This document shows, piece by piece, positions 1 through 12,862 of a stretch of 64,000 nt of DNA. Both the position numbers and the translations under genes were made by a program. This stretch comes from Bugula neritina (taxonomy: Eukaryota; Animalia; Bryozoa). Positions within the stretch are counted from its first letter, which is position 1; every line of letters starts with the position of its first letter. The notes below the pieces were generated by a model. That model was not told the DNA's origin. It made no database searches and saw only the letters and a program-made list of their open reading frames with translations. Location: positions 1 to 64,000 of the forward strand of contig CAXIUT010000255.1 of assembly GCA_964035545.1 (NCBI GenBank), read 5' to 3'.

Positions 1-94
1 CCCAACCCCAACCCCAACCCCAACCCCAACCCCAACCCCAACCCCAACCCCAACCCCAACCCCAACCCCAACCCCAACCCCAACCCCAACCCCA
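1..94. repeat. Telomere (CCCCAA)n, left chromosome end
   Basis: Perfect C4A2 repeats from base 1; same unit as the Tetrahymena-type oligohymenophorean telomere. Confidence 0.97.
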
Positions 95-158
95 TGATTT
101 GATGATGAAATATAAGTTGATATAATTTGATTTATTTGACGAATAATAGTGATCAAGT

Positions 159-689
159 ATGACAATGAATCCAAATTTTTTGTACTTGAGTTGGTAGACT
201 AACAACCGTAATAGAAATTTATAATTCAAAAATGATCGATATGGTACAGTTGCTGTTAAGACGTCAGTAGGTGTTTATAAAAATAATTATGCTGATTTTG
301 TGATGGATAAAAATTCTGTCTACTACTGGGAAATCAAAATACTTAAAGGGACTTTCTTCAAAATAGGCATTATCAAACATTCAGAAATACCTAATGTCAA
401 AAAAGCATTTTCTGATATTAAATAAGGATATGCTTATTATTCAACTGGTAAGTTAAGAAATGGATCCAATAAAGACGGAATCGATTTTAAGAAAGGCTAT
501 GGACCAGGAGATACTGTCAAAGTGAAATTTAACTCAAAGGAAGGCAGGTTGTATTTTGGAGTCAATGATAATGATCTCGAATAAGCTTTTTCAGGAGCTT
601 AGTTTAAGAAAGGTGGCTACGTGGCTGCAGTTGGGGCACTGATGGAAGACAGTCGATATAGTTTTACACTTCCTGATCTCTAAGATTGA
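159..689 (+). CDS. SPRY/B30.2 domain protein (~176 aa)
   Basis: Open frame with TAR as sense codons; YYWEIKILKGTFFKIGI...GYGPGDTVKVKFNSKEGRLYFGVN is SPRY-like; TGA at 687-689. Confidence 0.8.
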
Positions 690-726
690 TTTTACATTCA
701 TTTAATCAATAACTTATCATAATCTA

Positions 727-2895
727 TCAAGCTAGTTCTGGCTATCTTTTTGGTTGGATTTTGATTAGGACTTACTAAAGGTTTTTGAATAGGACAAAAG
801 CAGCCGTGCAGAGGTCATCTTAACTTTGTTCTTGTTTCTTTTTTTAATAATATTTTCTTAACCTTTCTTGTTTGAATACATCCATGAAGGTTTAAATAAG
901 TTTATCATATTTTGCTAACCTTTCCTATCGACTGATATCTACTCGAGTCATCGGATTGAAATTCTTTATAGTTATCAGTTAGTTTCTTGATAAATAAGAT
1001 AAATACTTAAAAAGAAGCACAATAGTGTTGATGTTATTCATGGCAAGAGTTACATAGGTTGAATGTTTATTGGTTCTCATTAGTTCATTGAGACATGATG
1101 TGAGACGGATGCCTACTTCTGGTGTGATGGCTGATTTGAAGACAGGAGTTGTGAGGATGGTAGTGATGCACTAACTCATGATGATGTGATTGGATCTGTA
1201 TGATGATAGTAGATACTTGGAGATTTGTTCTAGTGCTGTTGGTATTTTACCTGTTTTCCAGAAGTTGATGATGGGTTTGATGGAGTTGGTTCTATGATAT
1301 AAAACTTACTAAAATTTACTTTTTTATTTGATGATATCGCCTATTAATTATATTTGTTTCATTTTTTATTTTTGAGCACCATCTGGCATCAAAGCTGACA
1401 TATTCATGATTGATGGATTATCCATTAAATCATATTCCATTGTTTTTTATATATTATTTTGTTAATATAAAGTTTATTGTATTTTTTGTTGCATTAATCT
1501 ATCTCTTTCTTGTCTTTATTCGTATAATCTATCTTGTTATTTTCTTTATTATTATTTCTTTCTTGCTCTTTCTTTCTATCTTCTTTATTTCTATTAGTTA
1601 TCTCGAAGGAGTTGTTATAATTTTAATCTCTATCTCTATCTTTATCTTTATGCCTTTTATTCGTCTCTTCTTTTTTACTATTATTGTTTCTTTCTTGCTA
1701 TTTCTTATTTTCTTTTCTAATTTTATATTTTCTTTTTTTAAAATTCATCTTTCTTATGATCTTATATTATTTTTGCTTTTTGAACTGCCTCACCAACTAA
1801 ATTATGAAGTTAGTTAATTTAAAATTACTTTTTGCTGTTTTTTTGTTGAATTTTAGGTAAAACTAAAGAAGATTGTCCTTCTGATATTCTTGATGAATTT
1901 TTTATCTTTTGATTTACATCGCAAACCCATAGACTAAGATTACCTTGTGAAAAGGCAACAGCCATGAGTGCTTATTTGATCATGGTCATATCTTGTACAC
2001 CTTTCCAATTGGTATCAAAACTTTAGACAAGTAATCCATTTTTATACATATTCCAACTTTTAAGGACATCATTAGCAGCAGTAAATAGAATTTTACCATC
2101 ATCACTATACCCAATAGAAGTGATAGGAGTAGCTATCATATCTGTTGAACTAGCAAATCCAAAACATTTCTATTCACAACGAAAATATTTAGCTGTCTTA
2201 TCTGCACTACAAGTAGCAAACATACAATCAACTTCATTGAATTTCACCTTCAATATTGGTCCATTGTGTTCATTTGATGTATAAATCGATCGTTCTCCCA
2301 TTCTTAGCTACCATAGTCTAGCAGTGTTGTCCTATGAACCACTGAGGAGCATGTTTCCATCGGGACTTATAGCTAGTGAGTTTATTTGTTTGCTATGACC
2401 TTTTAGAGTGGCATAACAATTTTTTTAACGAATATCCCATAACTTTATGAGAGTATCATAGCTTCCACTTGCTAGTTTAGTTGGTTATTATGGAAAAACT
2501 CCGAAACAATTGACCGAGGTGGAATGTCCTTTTAACAGATTGGTAACTGTATTTGATATTTTATACTTTTGGCTGATTCCATGTCCCATACGTTGACAAC
2601 TCCTCGGTTGGTTCCTGAATATATTTAATTTTCTGAGCAATTGAGAGCGACTGCTGTAACTTCTGTTTGAACATTTTGGTTGTTTTGGTTATTATAGGTC
2701 TAGATTGTTTTAAGAATACTTAAATTTCTGTATCGTTTTAGAAAGTGAATAGTCTTACATTATTTTTAGAATCTCCAACAACGAAATATGTTTACAGGAA
2801 GGTACCAATATGAGTGGCATTGGCTTTTGCTCCTCCTAGTGGAAATTATCCTAACTAAACCAAAAGTTACTTAATTTGAAAGCTTTTCTCCTCAT
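727..2895 (-). CDS. KATNB1: Katanin p80 WD40 subunit
   Basis: WD40 repeats (GHSTSVNCF, ASGSYDTLIKLWDIR, LKGHSKQINSLAISPDG) and C-terminal con80 motif VDISREER; several short introns. Confidence 0.85.
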
Positions 2896-2960
2896 TTTAA
2901 ATTATAACCTTATAAAACAATCTATAATAAAGATAGTTAATTAACCTATAATCATACATA

Positions 2961-3825
2961 TCATCTCTTTATAGTTGCTATTTTAGGAATTTACAATTTA
3001 TATGACATAAGTCCTCGGGCTAATTTATTTATGTTTGCTTTGTAATTTGATGCTAACTATAACCTTTCCTTTTGTGAGTAATTTAACGATTTTCCACGCA
3101 TAAAATTTGTTCCATTGCTTGTTTTATTACCTATACTTTTATCAGCGATGTAGTTTCTATTATTTCCAGAAGTTATGCTAAACTTTTATTCACTTCCTAG
3201 AGGTCTTTTCTTTTGCTCTGCCATAAATTGGAAATTTCCTTTCTTTTATTTGAATACCTAATGGTTCATGTTCATATTTGGTTCTTCTTCTTTTGATTTC
3301 ACTTATCCTTTTTTTAATTCAAGTTCATATCGTTTGAGCTAGTTTTGGAAGCCATAATTCGGATTGATGATGGTCCGTTTGCATCGAATATAGCCGATAG
3401 CATGTTGAAAAGTCATCTTTTAAGCTCTCATTAAATAAACCATAACGAATGTAGTAGACTATCTAAAAGAATAAGTACTCTTGATATTCCGGCTGCGCAA
3501 TGCACAAGTAGATTTCCTTTTTTGAGGGCTTAATCTATGAATCTAAAGCCTTATTCGAAATGCGGGGTCATTTTGTAGGTGGGAATATCAAAGGCATTGA
3601 TGATTTTATGATTGATGTTATGTTCTTTTTGATAGTTGACATCAAGCATGGCTGCACATGTGAGGACTGACTATAATGGGATTTACCATGTTTGATATTT
3701 TTTTGTTTGAGTTGTACTACATTGGAGGCGGCATTGTAGTCTCCAAGCCAAAGTTCTGTTCCGTCTTTGGTGCGATGGACCATGTTCATAGGTTGGTAGC
3801 TTCTAAAACCCATACCGTTCATCAT
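2961..3825 (-). CDS. Dual-specificity protein phosphatase
   Basis: LWLGDYNAA, LLVHCAAGISRS catalytic loop, INPNYGF; introns present, 3' end approximate. Confidence 0.85.
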
Positions 3826-3874
3826 TACAAAAAAGAATTGATTATATTCTATCAGATAAAATTTAACTTATTTA

Positions 3875-5946
3875 TCATTTCTAACTCTATCTAGCCTGTG
3901 ACATCTTGAATACTATCCGCTCAGGACCTTTAAATGGATGCTTCTAGAACATTGTGTCTTCTTCTTAAGGCTATCTTTGTTGATTCAACTTCTTTGGTAA
4001 AGGAGATCTAGATCGTTATTCGTACCTTTTGATGTTGGGCTCGATTCTGTCTGTTCCGCTTACTCTGTTGGTTGCTGTTTGATTCCGACTGGCTGAGATG
4101 TTGGAGTGGGTTGATAGTTGAGATGGCATCTAGCGGTTGGTGTTGGTGTAAGTTGGAGTCGGCTGGTAGAGTGGTGAGTAAGTAGTGTTGGTTGTGCGTA
4201 GACCTGGTCGTTAGTTCATAGTTTTTTGTAGATGTGTTACTAATTTATTTTAGTCTTCTAATTTTTTTTGAACTTCTTGTAGTTGTTCTTGATAAGATTT
4301 GATTTTAATATCTTTATCGTTATTTCTGATTTTGAGATCTTAATTTTATCGATTGAGGTTGCTTTATATTTTTTTGAGTTATCTGACTTATTTTTATTGT
4401 TATTTGATGACTTAGGCTCTTTAATGTAACTTTTATTTTTGTCTGACTATTTTGTCTGATAATCCTCCATTATCACTATTGATTTTAGATATTTATCCTT
4501 CTAATTATGATATTTTAGTTTCCAATTTAATGATTTGTTTTTTTTGATCATTATTTTGTATTTCTAAATTGGATATTTGACTGTTATTGGTTTATTTGAG
4601 TTGTACTGTTGAGTTGATGATAGTTTTTTTATCTTATAACTAACTTTTAAGTGAATCTATTTTACATGACAAAGAGGTGATTGTTTTTTAATTTTAGCAT
4701 CTTAGTTAATAATATTATTTATTTTATGATTTTATTATTTAGTAGTCTTTAAGATATTTATTTACATCCTGTTCTAATCTACTTATTTTTATATTATTTT
4801 ATCTTTAGTTAGATTCTAGGTTGATTATTTTTTATTTAGCTTATGTCAATTTGATGATGAGTTAATTTTTATTTTTAGTTAAAGATTATACTTAACTACC
4901 TAATTTATTTCTTAATTATTTTAATTACAAATCGCTCTATTTCTTAATCTTACTTGATTAGTTAAATGTTTTACTTTATATTTAATTTATCTTTCTTTTT
5001 TATTATAACTTCAATATTTATAATTTCTTATCTCCCTACTTCTTTATCTCATTTAGTTATGTTCTCAATTGATGGATTTCTTATGATTTTTATGATAAAT
5101 TATGATTTAGTTTATTGAGAGATTACCTATTTCTTATGACTTATTCTTGAGTTGATAATAGTTTATTTGAAAGATGTTCTTTTATCTGCTAATCATTTGC
5201 TAGTTTAAAATGCAAAAACAGATGGATTGATTCTTTGTATCTGTTTGATTATAAGACATAAAGAGTTCCCTCTCCTCCTTTGCGTATTTCTTTATTAATA
5301 CAGATTATACATAGCGTTAGATGGGTATTTTTATCTTATTGGTATTTATGGTCTTATTCTATGCACTATTTGAATAGATTTTATAGCATATCTGGAAATC
5401 CGCTATAGGGTACTTTTAATTTTTGGTCATTTTTTAATTTAGAATACTAATTTTCTTTTATCGTAAAATTCCATAAAAATTTACTAAATATATGATATGT
5501 TACGGATTGGTATCGTCAGTTAGATGAATGCAATGCATAGATACACCCTTCTCACTTCTATCAAATATCTGTATCCTACATCTATGTTATTGCTATTCCA
5601 CTTAGTTTGATTTTATTGTTATTTGCATCAATCGGTCAAATAGATATTCTTTTTAGTGAGTATGGGATCTTAGAGATGGCTTTTATGAATGTTATTCGTC
5701 GTAGTAGACTCGAGAGGGCTGGGATTGGTAGTATGAATATTCGCTTTTATCGTATTTATCGTATTTTGATTCGAATTTATGATCGTATTTAGGTTAATAT
5801 CTATCTTCCTGCTTTACTTCTTGACGAGTGTCGTATCGAGTGTCATGTCTGGCGGGTTGTTGGTGCTCTCTATCGCGTTACCATGAACTTTTGGTGGGTG
5901 TGTTGTCTTAGAATCGTCCTCTGAGCTAGCCTTTATATTTATACAT
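3875..5946 (-). CDS. SAS6: SAS-6 basal body/centriole cartwheel protein
   Basis: SAS-6 head-like segment (LTDDTNP..FLW...LKNDQKLKVPYSGFPDML...HLFLHFKLANDEQIKEHL) followed by a long coiled coil; ends approximate. Confidence 0.75.
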
Positions 5947-6009
5947 TTAAATTATACGGTTAGGTGATCATCTTACGTTCATAATATATCAACTATAAAT
6001 CAACAATAT

Positions 6010-6369
6010 ATGTCCCAAGAAGGAGTATACACTTGGTAGGAAGTAGCCAAGCACAACAGCGACTCAGATATGTGGATAGTGATCAATGACAAAGTGTATG
6101 ATGTGAGTAAGTACCAGTTGGAGCATCCTGGAGGGCCGATTGTTTTATTGAATCATGCTGGCAAACATGCATCGATGGCGTTTTAGCAGGCGAGTCATTC
6201 AAAAAATGCTATTAATAACATCATGCCTAAACATTGTATAGGTAAGATCGATTCTAATTCGATTATGTCGGATGATCAGAGAGAAGAAACATCTTCTGCT
6301 CCGAGCATACTGTTGACTGTTTTTGTGGTTGTTGTGATATTGGCGGCTGTATATTCTTTGGCTTCCTGA
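6010..6369 (+). CDS. Cytochrome b5, tail-anchored (119 aa)
   Basis: YTWEEVAKHN, VYDVSKY, HPGG heme motif and C-terminal TM helix. Confidence 0.92.
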
Positions 6370-6480
6370 TTATATGTCTATTATTCTTTGATTTATGTTT
6401 ATTGTGTGGAAATTGATCATTTTTATTATTTTTGGATGGTTTATTTCAATAAAATAGTTAGGTTTGTTATATTTTAATCA

Positions 6481-9400
6481 ATGCAATCTGCTTATTAAGC
6501 TGAGGAAGAAACTAAGACTATTAAATATCTTAATCGTAGTCATTCTGGGTAGATATCTGTTCATGTAGAGATTAATAGTAATCACAAAGTGATCATTAGC
6601 AGCAATATTAGCAGTAATTGTTGTTGGCTAGAAAAATATTTCAAGCTTCAAAACCTAATTCTAGTCGCCAGGGGTAGCCGCCTATCAGCAAAATAGTTTT
6701 TATTTAAACTGTTTAAAAATATGGAGGAAATAAGAATCATCAAAACCATGTTTTACCTCATAAAACTCGACATAAAAAAGGTCAATCTATGGACCTAGAA
6801 GAACTTATTACTAATTCTAGATAATAAAAAAAAGTTACAAATCATGAACGATCTAAGGACAAAAGTAAACGTCAAAATAGTAAAGATATAAGTTATGATT
6901 TGAAGGATAGAAAAACTATTAGTTAGATGAAACAATATGGAGGTGGGTGTAAGAAGATGACAGGTAAGAGTTTGTTTTAAAACCATCAGACTTCTAAAAG
7001 GAAAAAGGTGAAAACAACTAGTTCAGGAGATGTTAAAAATTTAAAGAAGGAGATAAAGAAATTATAATAGATATCTATATTTTCAAAACCTAGAAGAAAA
7101 GATGGTAAACATACATAGAGATCATTGGGTAATCATCCAGTAAGTCATCATCAATCAAAGAATTTAAAAAGTTATAGTAAAAGTGAATAGTTATTTACTC
7201 AGCCAAGACCTAGAAAAATATCAAAATCAAAGCAGGAGTCAAAACCTTAGGCATTTAGATAGTATTCGTTTTCTATGCCTATGACAGATAAGATAATAAA
7301 TTTATTTTCGAATAATTCTTCAATTTATAATAGTCAGAAATAGTTGTAAGGAGTTGGAAGATAAAGATAGTTTATAATACCTACATAGCAATCTGTTGAA
7401 GGAATTTAGTAAATCAGATCTTTTTAGCATAAATTGCTGCGTAAAAAGAGTAGTTAGAGTTTGAGACAGATCCGTAAAGCAACTCCTATTAATCAATTGT
7501 TTGAAGTTGAGATGTAGAATTGTAAAGAGTCAACTTAAAATATTATTAGCAATTTTATAAAAAAAATATAAGAACATAGATAGAGTGAAGAACTTGAATT
7601 TAGTCCAATAAAAAAAGACAATGAAGTGAAGTTGGTCAATCCTATGTCATAATCTATTGGTGATGTATACAATATATCGCAGGTTAATTCTGTGAAATTG
7701 TAGGATTCGGATGTATTTGATAGCAGTTTAGTTCGAAAGCAGGAGCAGTAATTGGATAAGTTGAATTATTTGATAAAAGAGATCAAAGGTAAGAGTGGAG
7801 ATATTCATAAAGATGAGAAAGAGCATATATTTGATGCAATAAAGGGGATAATGTCGTCATCGCCTGCTAAATCTATAAAAAAAGTAGAGGAAAATAATAT
7901 ATCTAATGTTAGTAATAATAGTCCATCTAATGTTGATATGAGTAATAGCTAGTTAAAGGAGTCGTTGGGACCATAATAAAATATGTCTCAAGTCAATTTG
8001 GAGATACTAGATAAGGCATTAAGAGAGAGATAGGCTTATTTGTAATAAAGAAGATAAAAATAACTGATGAAACTCGATGATATGGAGATGTAAGACGAAT
8101 AATTATAGAAATAAAGATAAAAAATAACCAAGTGGATTGATTGTTAGATTAAATCAGTCAATCACACAAGAAATCAACTGTGGAAAGGGTTTAATATTGC
8201 AAAACAGATTATCTAAGAAGAAAAAGAAGGTGATTCAAATCGTATTAAAAAAGGAGAGATGATGAAAAGTCTTAGTGAAAAGTATTTGAATAGAATAAAA
8301 CCTAAAAAACCTAAGAAGCATGGAGACAAGAGACGGCAGAGATCAGATAATTCTTCATAGAAAGATCAAGTGTAGTTGGGAGAAGGTAGGATAGCAAATT
8401 TGACTCGATCTCCAAAACGACTATCATAAGGAATGGGCAGCAATTCTGAATAGTAGTTATTAATATCATAAAACAAGATAAAAGATCTTGAGAACGAATT
8501 TGCTCCAGCAATAGATAGCAAATCATAAGAAGCAAGTGAATAATAGATGTATTTGGATCATGAAGAAATCCACAGGCAGGTCGAATTCGACTAATCTGAG
8601 AAGGAGCGAGTTAATTTATCTGAGATAGATGGTTTGAATATCAAGGAGGTGTAGTGTGACGTGGATTATGAGTAGTCTTATAATCAGTAGGAGTTGGATG
8701 ATTTTGTGAGGGAGAGTGAGAAGTTGAAGTAGAATTCAATGAAGATTCCATTTAATTTGAGTGTTGAGGATAAGTAGGATATCTACGAGTTTATTTTTTT
8801 GGATTTGTGTGTGGAATTGACTGATGAATATTCTATTCAGTCTCCAGTAATAAAGAAGATATTTTCATTTATCAAGGCAATGAACGAACAATCTAAAAAG
8901 TCAAAGGGATTTAAAACGAATACTAATTCTGTTAAAGATTACTTATATGAATTTATATCCTTTCTTAAAAGTAATTTTGTAATAATAAAGCAAAAAAGGA
9001 GTTTTTGAATGAGGTTTATAGTTGTATAGATAAGCCTTTGGGTCCTACTGCGTTTGACATTCTTAAATATATGCATGCGTATGATGAGGAACCTATTGAG
9101 TAGGAATCGAATTAGTCTGTTTTCATATTAGATATTAAGTTGTTTTAGCAGTTTTAGAATTAGTTTTTGGCTAAGTTGACTTTTTAGCAGTATTATATGG
9201 ACTAAGAAAAGTAAAAAAAGAGAAGAGCTTTTCTTAAAAATGCTATTCATATTCACAATAAAGCTGTTTTTGATGCCTTGAATTAAACTTTAGATAAGGA
9301 AAGGCCTTATGGTGTTCTCGGGGAGCCTTTCTCTTGGAAAAAGACAGCTAAATTCACTCACTAAAGAGATATAGCAACAAAAAATGTAAATATTGGTTGA

Positions 9401-9716
9401 TAAAGACTTTTTTGTTGAAAAGTGCTCAGAAGACAATAGAATATGGAGCCTACATGTGCGGATTTATGTTAGACAAGTAGGATTGTAGTTTGAGGAATAA
9501 TCCTAATATATCACAAGGATATATTGATCAGATCCGTGATGATCGTCTTTCTCGAATGTTAGCTAATGACGTATTGAGTATGTTATCTAGTTGGACGAAG
9601 GGGAAGAGAAGATGTTATTTTTTGATGATGAGTAGACTGAGATATTGGTGTAAGTCGGACATATTATCTATCAGAACTTACTACAGGAAGTGTGTGCTGA
9701 CTTAATAATGTTTTGA
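6481..9716 (+). CDS. Large low-complexity protein with C-terminal DUF4378-like region
   Basis: IHNKAVFDALNETLDKERPYG...W and terminal EILVEVGHIIYQNLLQEVCADL; start and introns uncertain. Confidence 0.55.
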
Positions 9717-9773
9717 ATGTCTATTTATCCCCTCTTCTCTTCTTTATTATCATATTTTAATCTCGATATTGAC

Positions 9774-9881
9774 GTAGAACAAGCCATTAATTGAATATGA
9801 TAAGGCTCATGCTGGTGTAGAACAAGTGACTGATTGAATATGATAAGGTTCATGCTGAGGTAGAACAAGCGATTGATTGAA
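9774..9881. repeat. 43-bp minisatellite, ~2.5 copies (second copy 15121-15228)
   Basis: GTAGAACAAG units start at 9774, 9817 and 9860. Confidence 0.85.
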
Positions 9882-9897
9882 ATTAATAATAAATATA

Positions 9898-10263
9898 TCA
9901 GTACTGCATGTTGCCGATCTGTGTTTCCATGTCTTCTATCTTTTTTTCGAGATTCAACATCTTCTTTCTGAGACTATCTTGGTCTTAGCTGAGATACAAA
10001 GCATCTTTCTCCACTCTTTGGAAGAGAGCTTGGTTGTAGTTGATAGACTTGTCTACGTTCTACTAATATTTAGTCAGATCTTTGTCGTAGATCTCTTTGA
10101 TGTCGTCGAGATTGCGGTCGATGCTTTCGTAGGCTTGTTTGTTTTACAGTTTTATGTCGTCGAATAGCTTTGTGTTAGCTGCTATTTCTTCATTGATTGT
10201 CTTGAAGTAGGTTTATAACTTTTCTACTCTGCCTTTTATGGGCTAGTTACCTGTCTGTTCCAT
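9898..10263 (-). CDS. Small coiled-coil protein (121 aa), copy 1
   Basis: Intronless ATG..TGA frame, MEQTGNEPIKGRVEKLE...IEDMETQIGNMQY; near-identical copy at 15245-15610. Confidence 0.8.
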
Positions 10264-10712
10264 TTATATTATTATTTCAAATCACATCAAGTAAATCAAA
10301 ACCTAACTGATTAGAATATTTCATTTAAGATATATTTGATGTCATATGTGCTCTTTCGTGGATCCTTTTTATCTTGAGAATCATAAAATTGATAAGCTAA
10401 GAAATATTATTCTATTTTAAGCAATATTTTTAGAAGCATCATTTTTGAGATAGTTATAGATAAATTCTTCTAAAATATTATGACAAAATTAAAGAAAGAG
10501 AAGATTTTGGTCAAAAATATTTTACGATCTTTTCCAATATAAATAAAAAAGTCGATTAGTAAAATAAATTCTCTGAAAATATGATAATTTTAGTTAATTC
10601 AGATTTGATTTGTTTATCTTTATTGAGATAGTCTGTTTTTCTTTTTGTTATTATTCAATCGAAGAATAAGTTCTTAGAATATTAAATGGAAGAATATAAT
10701 AAAAAGCAACTT

Positions 10713-10738
10713 CAAGTGATTTCTATAATAAATGGAAG
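10713..10738 (+). promoter_or_regulatory. Family-specific upstream motif CAAGTGA-N9-10-TAAATGGAAG
   Basis: Recurs at 12803, 16061, 55370 and 59695; TAAATGGAAG lies 43-46 nt upstream of the ATG each time. Confidence 0.55.
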
Positions 10739-10774
10739 GTTTTTCTTTAATAAATCTATATAAGTTCTTTTTCT

Positions 10775-11974
10775 ATGAAAAATATTCATCGCCTACTACT
10801 CATAGTAGTACTGCTTGGTTGCATTGACGCCTACCGGTGCTCTAAAAAAGTTAACAACGTCATGAAGGGGTCGAACAACTTCATGAAAGGCAACAAAAAT
10901 CAACTTTATGGCAATGGAAATACTATGGTTGGAAACTACAACAAGTTTGCTGGAGACTTTAACTTTGGAGTTGGTGATGTTAATACCGTAGTTGGAAATG
11001 GAAATAAATTCAATGGAAACTACAATCAAGTCAAAGGAAATAAAAACAAATTCAAAGGAAATGCCAACAAAGTAGCTGGAAATTCTAATGAGTTCTTCGG
11101 AAGTTGCAATACTATCTTTGGAAGTGGAAACCAATTCAAAGGTAATGCTAACCAAGTAGCTGGAAATGGTAATCAGTTCTTGGGAAGTAACAATAAAGTC
11201 AAAGGACATCAAAACAAATTCAAAGGAAACTCCAACAAAATAGCTGGAAATTCTAATGAGTTCTTTGGAAGTGGTAATACAGTTTTTGGAAATCAAAATA
11301 AATTCAAAGGTAGCGCCAACAAAGTAGCTGGAAATTCTAATGATTTCCAAGGAAGTTTCAATACAGTTGTTGGTTCTGAAAATCAATTCAAAGGTAATGC
11401 TAACCAAGTAGCTGGAAATGGTCATCAGTTCATCGGAAGTAACAATAAAGTCAAGGGATATAAAAACAAATTCAAAGGAAGCTCCAACAAAATTGCTGGA
11501 TCAGGTAATTTCTTTGAAGGAAACAATAACATCATCTTTGGAAATGCCAACAAAGGCAAAGGTTCGAAGAACAAAATAGCTGGAAGTGGAAATGGCTTCT
11601 TAGGAAACTAAAATACCGTTGTTGGAAATTGCAATAAAATCAGAGGTCATAAAAACTCAGTCAAAGGATCAGGTAATCTTTTGAGTGGAAACAATAATGT
11701 CATGATTAGTGATCTTAATGGAGTTGCTCCTCCATTGCCAAGGCGACCAAGATGCAATAATAGCCGTCCTTATCCAATCAGACCACCAACATGTAGAGGA
11801 AGAGGTGGAAGAGGTGGAAGAGGCGGAAGATGTGGAAGAGGAAGAGGTGGAAGAGGAAGAAGAGGTGGAAGAGGAAGAGGAGGCTATAGAGGATATCGAG
11901 GAGGAAAAAGAGTATATAGAACTAGATGTTGTGGAGGAAAAAGATATTGTAGAGGAGGAAGATGCTACTGCTGA
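10775..11974 (+). CDS. Secreted NxVxG heptad-repeat protein 1 (399 aa) with Arg/Gly/Cys tail
   Basis: Signal peptide MKNIHRLLLIVVLLGCIDA, ~41 heptads, TAA at 11609 read as Glu joins two track ORFs, tail ends YCRGGRCYC-TGA. Confidence 0.9.
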
Positions 11975-12061
11975 GCTGAAGGAAATGATCGACCATACTT
12001 TAAAATCAATAATACTATATATTTAAACATAATACTATGGGGTTTATTATTCTTATTTGAA

Positions 12062-12154
12062 GGGGTTGGGGTTGGGGTTGGGGTTGGGGTTGGGGTTGGG
12101 GTTGGGGTTGGGGTTGGGGTTGGGGTTGGGGTTGGGGTTGGGGTTGGGGTTGGG
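12062..12154. repeat. Internal telomeric array (GGGGTT)n
   Basis: ~15 perfect units about 90 nt after the protein 1 stop. Confidence 0.95.
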
Positions 12155-12215
12155 TAAAAAGATAAACTATGATAAATAATGACTTTGAGATATATGTTAT
12201 TCAAAAAAATGACTT

Positions 12216-12358
12216 ATGCTTTCGTAGGCTTGTTTGTTTTACAGTTTAATGTCGTCGAATAGCTTTGTGTTAGCTGCTATTTCTTCATTGATTGTCTTGA
12301 AGTAGGTTTACAGCTTTTCTACTCTGCCTTTTATGGGCTAGTTACCTGTTTGTTCCAT
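12216..12358 (-). pseudogene. 5' fragment (~47 codons) of the small coiled-coil gene
   Basis: Matches ~10121-10263 and then loses homology abruptly at 12216. Confidence 0.75.
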
Positions 12359-12862
12359 TTATATTATATTATTTCAAATCACATCAAGTAAATCAAAACC
12401 TAACTGATTAGAATATTTCATTTAAGATATATTTGATGCCATAGGTGCTCTTTCATTGATCCTTTTTATCTTGAGAATTATAAAATTGATAAGCTAAGAA
12501 ATATTCTTCTATTTTAAGCAATATTGTTAGAAGAGTATTTTTGAGACATTTATTGATAGTTTTATCTGAAAATAGGCAAAAAAACAAAAGAGAAGATATT
12601 CAAAGTTAAAATAGATGAACTATTTCTCCAATAATTATAAAATCAATTAAGATAAAAAACTCGATAAATATAAGCTAACTTTAATTCAATAAGGTCTAAT
12701 TTATTTTTCTAATGAAAATTAAAGCATTATTTTTCGAATTTGATCAATCAAAGAATTAATTCTTGGAATATTAAATGGAAGAATATAATAAAAAAGCAAA
12801 TTCAAGTGATTTTCTATAATAAATGGAAGATATATGTTTAGTCAATTTATATAAATTCTTCT

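Noticed and set aside
9774-9881. CRISPR-like appearance of the 43-bp, 17-bp and 168-bp repeats
   Set aside because: Head-to-tail repeats with no unique spacers, no cas genes and a eukaryotic context
9877-10167. Hydrophobic plus-strand ORFs (also 1410-1817, 15224-15514 and others)
   Set aside because: Antisense to real K/E-rich genes on the opposite strand
11965-12204. (PT)n ORFs here and at 42897-43208
   Set aside because: Translation of telomeric repeats
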